From NCBI GenBank assembly GCA_965203525.1, contig OZ241898.1:4695164-4759163 (forward strand): DNA of 64,000 bases, given 5' to 3'. A program made the translations under genes and the position numbers. The number at the start of each line of letters is the position of its first letter. Within the stretch, counting starts at the first letter, position 1. Below the pieces are notes generated by a model. That model was not told the DNA's origin, made no database searches, and was given only the letters and a program-made list of their open reading frames with translations. Shown here piece after piece: positions 60,927 through 64,000 of this stretch. This DNA is from Vicinamibacterales bacterium. Lineage in GTDB: Bacteria > Acidobacteriota > Vicinamibacteria > Vicinamibacterales > UBA8438.

Positions 60927-61817
60927 TCAGGGCGCCGGGGCCGCCAGCAGCGAGACCCAGAACAGCGGCAGATACGCCAGCGACCCGACGAACAGGGCCC
61001 TTGCCCGCGCCTCGGAACGCCGGGCGAGAAAACGGACGGCGAGGACCACGAACGACGCGCCCAGGAGGCCGGCGACCGCGACGTGGTGCGGGCCGGCCAT
61101 CCCGGTCAGCGCCGGCATGAGGCTCAGGGGAACGAGCACCACGGCGCAGAGGAGCGCATGCAGCGCCGTCCGCCGGCCGTCGGGATCGCGGGTGGCGGCC
61201 AGGGGCAGGCCGGCGCGTCCGAAGTCGTCCCGGTAGAGCCAGGACAGCGCATCGAAGTGCGGCAGTTGCCAGACGAAGACGACCCCGAACAGAAGCCAGG
61301 CGTCCACCGTCAGCGCGCCGCGCGCGGCGGTCCAGCCGATCACGGGCGGCAACGCACCCGGGACGGCGCCGGCCAGCGTCGCCCAGGAGGTCCGCCGCTT
61401 GAGCGGCGTGTAGACGCCGGCGTAGCTGACCAGCGTGGCCAGGGCCACCGCCGCGGAGAGCGCGTTGACCCGCAACGCGAGCTCGAGCAGGCCGGCCACG
61501 CTGAGCGTCACCGCGAACAGGCGGCCCTCGAGCGGGGTGACGCGGCCCGCGGCGACGGGCCGCAGGCGCGTGCGCCGCATGCGCTCGTCGATGTCCCGTT
61601 CGGCGACCTGGTTGAAGGCGGCGGCGCCGCCCGCCACCAGCGCCGAGCCCACCAGCACGTGCAGCGCGATGGTGAGGTCGGGCGCCGCGGCGGCGCCGAG
61701 GTAGTACCCGACGCCGGCCGTCGCCACCACCAGCGAGTTGAGCCGCGGCTTCGTGAGCGCCAGGAAGTCGGCGGCCCGGTGCGGAGCGGCGGCCAGCGTC
61801 GCGGCGGCGCCCCTCAC
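60927..61817 (-). CDS. ctaB: Protoheme IX farnesyltransferase (heme O synthase)
   Basis: UbiA-family motif NQVAERDIDERMRRTRLRP and LTKPRL at the N-terminus. The GTG at 61817 overlaps the ctaA stop (GTGA). The ORF is open to 62183. Confidence 0.85.
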   Translation of the reverse strand: MRGAAATLAAAPHRAADFLALTKPRLNSLVVATAGVGYYLGAAAAPDLTIALHVLVGSALVAGGAAAFNQVAERDIDERMRRTRLRPVAAGRVTPLEGRLFAVTLSVAGLLELALRVNALSAAVALATLVSYAGVYTPLKRRTSWATLAGAVPGALPPVIGWTAARGALTVDAWLLFGVVFVWQLPHFDALSWLYRDDFGRAGLPLAATRDPDGRRTALHALLCAVVLVPLSLMPALTGMAGPHHVAVAGLLGASFVVLAVRFLARRSEARARALFVGSLAYLPLFWVSLLAAPAP

Positions 61818-62797
61818 GCCCGCGCCTCCGAACCGCTGCCGATCGGCCGCGCGGTGGCGCTCGCGGCGGCCCGGACGCCGGCGGCGGCGTCCGGGAACCA
61901 GCCGCGGTGCGCGCGCAGCGCCAGCACCACCGACGTGGCCAGCGTGGCCGCGCCCACCGCGACGTGCGCGGTGTTCACCGCCACCTGCCGGCCGCTCAGC
62001 ACCGTCCAGGCCCCCAGGCCGACCTGCGCGAGCACGAGCGCCGCCAGCAGGAGCGCGGGGCGCGTCAGATCGGTTCGCGCCCGGTGCCGGACCAGCAGGT
62101 GTCCGGCGGCCGCGGCCACGACCGCCGCCACCGCCAGCGCGCCGATCCGGTGGGCGAAGTGGATGGCCGTTCCCGCGTTCCATACCGGGGGCACGAGGTG
62201 GCCGAACGCCAGCGGAAAGTCGGGTATCGCGAGCCCCGCGCCCGTATGCCGCATCGTGGCGCCGAGCAGGATCTGCCCGTAGACGACGGCCGGCGCGGCG
62301 ACGGCGAGCCGGGCCAGGATCCGGTCGCCGCGCGCGTCCGGCGCCCCGGCGCCCGCCCGCCAGCCCGGCGAAGTGAACAGGGCGAGGCTCGCCACCAGCG
62401 CGAAGAAGAGATGCGCCAGTCCCGCGTGGCCGATCGAGACCGGAGCGGGCAGGAAGTACAGGACCGTGATCCCGCCGAGCAGTCCCTGGGTGACGACCGC
62501 GGCCAGGGCCGTCCAGCCGAGGCGGCGCACCCAGCGGCGCGGCTCGACGCCGGCGGTCCAGACGGCCAGCCCGATCGTCAGCAGGCCGACGGCGCTCGCG
62601 AGCAACCGGTGGCCGTGCTCGTAGAAGATGCCGCCCACCATCTTCGAGAACGGAAACGCGAACAGGAAGACGCCGTAGGTGTTCGGCCAGTCGGGCACCG
62701 CCAGGCCGGAGCCGGTGCTGGTGACCAGGCCGCCGGCCACGATGAGCAGCAGCGACGCCGCGGTGACGAACCTCAGGTACAGATGCAGCCAGCGCAT
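61814..62797 (-). CDS. ctaA: Heme A synthase (COX15/CtaA)
   Basis: MRWLHLYLRFVTAASLLLIVAGGLVTSTGSGLAVPDWP...YEHGHRLLA, 8 TM helices and conserved His pairs. The ATG is at 62797. Confidence 0.85.
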   Translation of the reverse strand: MRWLHLYLRFVTAASLLLIVAGGLVTSTGSGLAVPDWPNTYGVFLFAFPFSKMVGGIFYEHGHRLLASAVGLLTIGLAVWTAGVEPRRWVRRLGWTALAAVVTQGLLGGITVLYFLPAPVSIGHAGLAHLFFALVASLALFTSPGWRAGAGAPDARGDRILARLAVAAPAVVYGQILLGATMRHTGAGLAIPDFPLAFGHLVPPVWNAGTAIHFAHRIGALAVAAVVAAAAGHLLVRHRARTDLTRPALLLAALVLAQVGLGAWTVLSGRQVAVNTAHVAVGAATLATSVVLALRAHRGWFPDAAAGVRAAASATARPIGSGSEARA

Positions 62798-62898
62798 GAG
62801 CGGCGGCCGCGCGGGGCCGCGGCCAGGGTGCGGCGGGCCGGGACGTCCGCCACCGGGGACGCCGCGGCCCGCGCGGATTCGTGGTTCCGGCCGGCCGG

Positions 62899-63693
62899 TC
62901 AGCCGACGGTGAACGTGAACGACACGTCGGCGGTCGCGCCGTCGCCGACGGTCACGTTCATGGTCTGCGCGCCGAGCATTTCGTGCCACGCTTCGATGAC
63001 GTAGTCGCCGGCCGGCAGGTTGCCGATGTCGAATGCGCCGTCGGAACCGGTCGTCGCGAAATACGGGTGGTCGAGCACGCCGACGAAGGCGTTCATCCAG
63101 CCGTGCACGTCGCACTTGAACGGCACCATCGGCGAACCGTCCGCGGCCACCTCGACCTGGTCGAAGGTCCGCTCCAGCGACATGCCCTGGATCGGCTGGC
63201 CGGTGTTGAACTCGTCGTTCACGACCGGCGTGGCGTGGATGTTGTGCAGCGTCGGATCGGAGTTGACGATCCGCACCGTCTGGCCGACCTGCACGCCGAA
63301 GACGTGCGGGGTGTAGCGGCAGCCCTGCTGATCCAGGGTGAGGGTCTCGCCGGACGGCGGATACGACCCGGACAGGCCTTCCTTGACGTAGACGAAGACG
63401 TTCCCGAGCCCGCCGCCTTCGCCGACCACGTAGTACTCGGTCTCGGTGTTCGTCGCCTCCTTGACGCAGACCGGATCCGAGTTCATCCGAATCGTCTCGG
63501 CCGCCGGCGGCGTGCCCTCGAGCGTGATCATGCCGCTGACCCGGCTGGTGCCGGTGGCGCCGGCGGCGTTCGCCGCCGCGCCGCCGCCTTCCGGGACGAT
63601 CGACACGGGCGGGACGTCGGAGCGGGAATTGCAGGCCCCCGCGGCCGCGATCGCGGCCAGCGAGACGAGGATCCGGAGCGTACGGTGTCGCAT
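62899..63693 (-). CDS. Cupredoxin-like lipoprotein with CarboxypepD_reg-like C-terminus
   Basis: Lipobox LAAIAAAGAC; H...C-x2-H-x2-M ligand pattern (TLHNIH ... KCDVHGWM). The C-terminal region GAFDIGNLPAGDYVIEAWHE is beta-sandwich-like. Confidence 0.65.
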   Translation of the reverse strand: MRHRTLRILVSLAAIAAAGACNSRSDVPPVSIVPEGGGAAANAAGATGTSRVSGMITLEGTPPAAETIRMNSDPVCVKEATNTETEYYVVGEGGGLGNVFVYVKEGLSGSYPPSGETLTLDQQGCRYTPHVFGVQVGQTVRIVNSDPTLHNIHATPVVNDEFNTGQPIQGMSLERTFDQVEVAADGSPMVPFKCDVHGWMNAFVGVLDHPYFATTGSDGAFDIGNLPAGDYVIEAWHEMLGAQTMNVTVGDGATADVSFTFTVG

Positions 63694-63864
63694 CGAGCTT
63701 TCTCCTGCGCGGACGTGGATACCGGAACGATCGGGCCACGCGCGCAAGGGCACGCCGCCCGGATACCTTGCAAACCCGTTGATTATAACGGCAATCCGGC
63801 GCGCCGGTCACCCCGGAGCCCGGCGCGCCGGGGCACGCGCCGCCAGATTGCGGATCGGCCGGCG

Positions 63865-64000
63865 TCAGGCGGCGTCGCGGTCGCGCCGGCCGGCGAGGAA
63901 TCCTTCGAGCTTCGCCATGCGCTCGCGCTGCTCCGGGAGAGGGGCCACCGCCCGCCCGTGGATGCCGCCGCAGGAGCTGCCCGCCCACTTCGCCGTCGTC
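63865..64000 (-). CDS. 3' end of an ORF entering from the right edge (partial), unassigned
   Basis: The minus frame ...LPEQRERMAKLEGFLAGRRDRDAA* has its stop at 63865-63867. Confidence 0.3.
   Translation of the reverse strand, partial: TTAKWAGSSCGGIHGRAVAPLPEQRERMAKLEGFLAGRRDRDAA

Overview
High-GC (about 70% G+C, estimated by eye) bacterial chromosomal window. The gene content (CarboxypepD_reg/TPR proteins, DUF420-ctaB-ctaA, a very large polysaccharide locus) fits an Acidobacteriota- or Gemmatimonadota-like soil bacterium, but that is inference only. Bases 1-27 kb are mostly housekeeping: a 2-oxoacid dehydrogenase E2 plus LipB, an MDH-like protein, an SDR, an FHA protein, YgfZ, a PduO-type adenosyltransferase, ThiI, a Nudix hydrolase, Def, a DUF1684-HAD-SirB1-ThyX-like operon, and a beta-oxidation operon (FadN-type dehydrogenase/hydratase, hydrolase, thiolase, acyl-CoA dehydrogenase). 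Bases 28-59 kb are one long exopolysaccharide/O-antigen-type locus: GME-like and other epimerases, four GT4 glycosyltransferases, AsnB, two tandem SGNH/AlgJ-like genes, Wzy-like, GT39/ArnT-like, MurJ/Wzx-like, CapK-like, DUF362, Wzc-like, Wza-like, and two CarboxypepD_reg-TPR proteins. The right end carries a serine hydrolase, DUF420, ctaB, ctaA and a cupredoxin lipoprotein. Small accessory insertions sit on this backbone, and they hold the interesting signals. (1) A low-GC islet carries a HEPN-like (R-N-x3-H) gene split by a complete IS1380-family element; removing the element in silico restores the reading frame. (2) There is a decayed RHH-plus-partner TA-like pair. (3) Three cassettes are each bracketed by 25-47 bp direct repeats that copy the edge of a backbone gene: an AAA+ ATPase, a 2-TM protein, and MqsR/MqsA. 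About six further junctions show 61-77 bp-period duplications of gene termini with little or nothing inserted. (4) Inside the EPS locus, a two-gene module occurs twice: a small HTH ORF followed by an N-terminally anchored protein built from K-N-x-A-A-H repeats, including six identical 54-bp in-frame repeats. I could not place this module in any family I recognise, and it is my best candidate for something undescribed. (5) A 24-nt poly(C/G) tract splits the Wza-like exporter gene. I found no rRNA, tRNA or CRISPR array. All family calls come from motifs read directly in the translations; no database search was possible.
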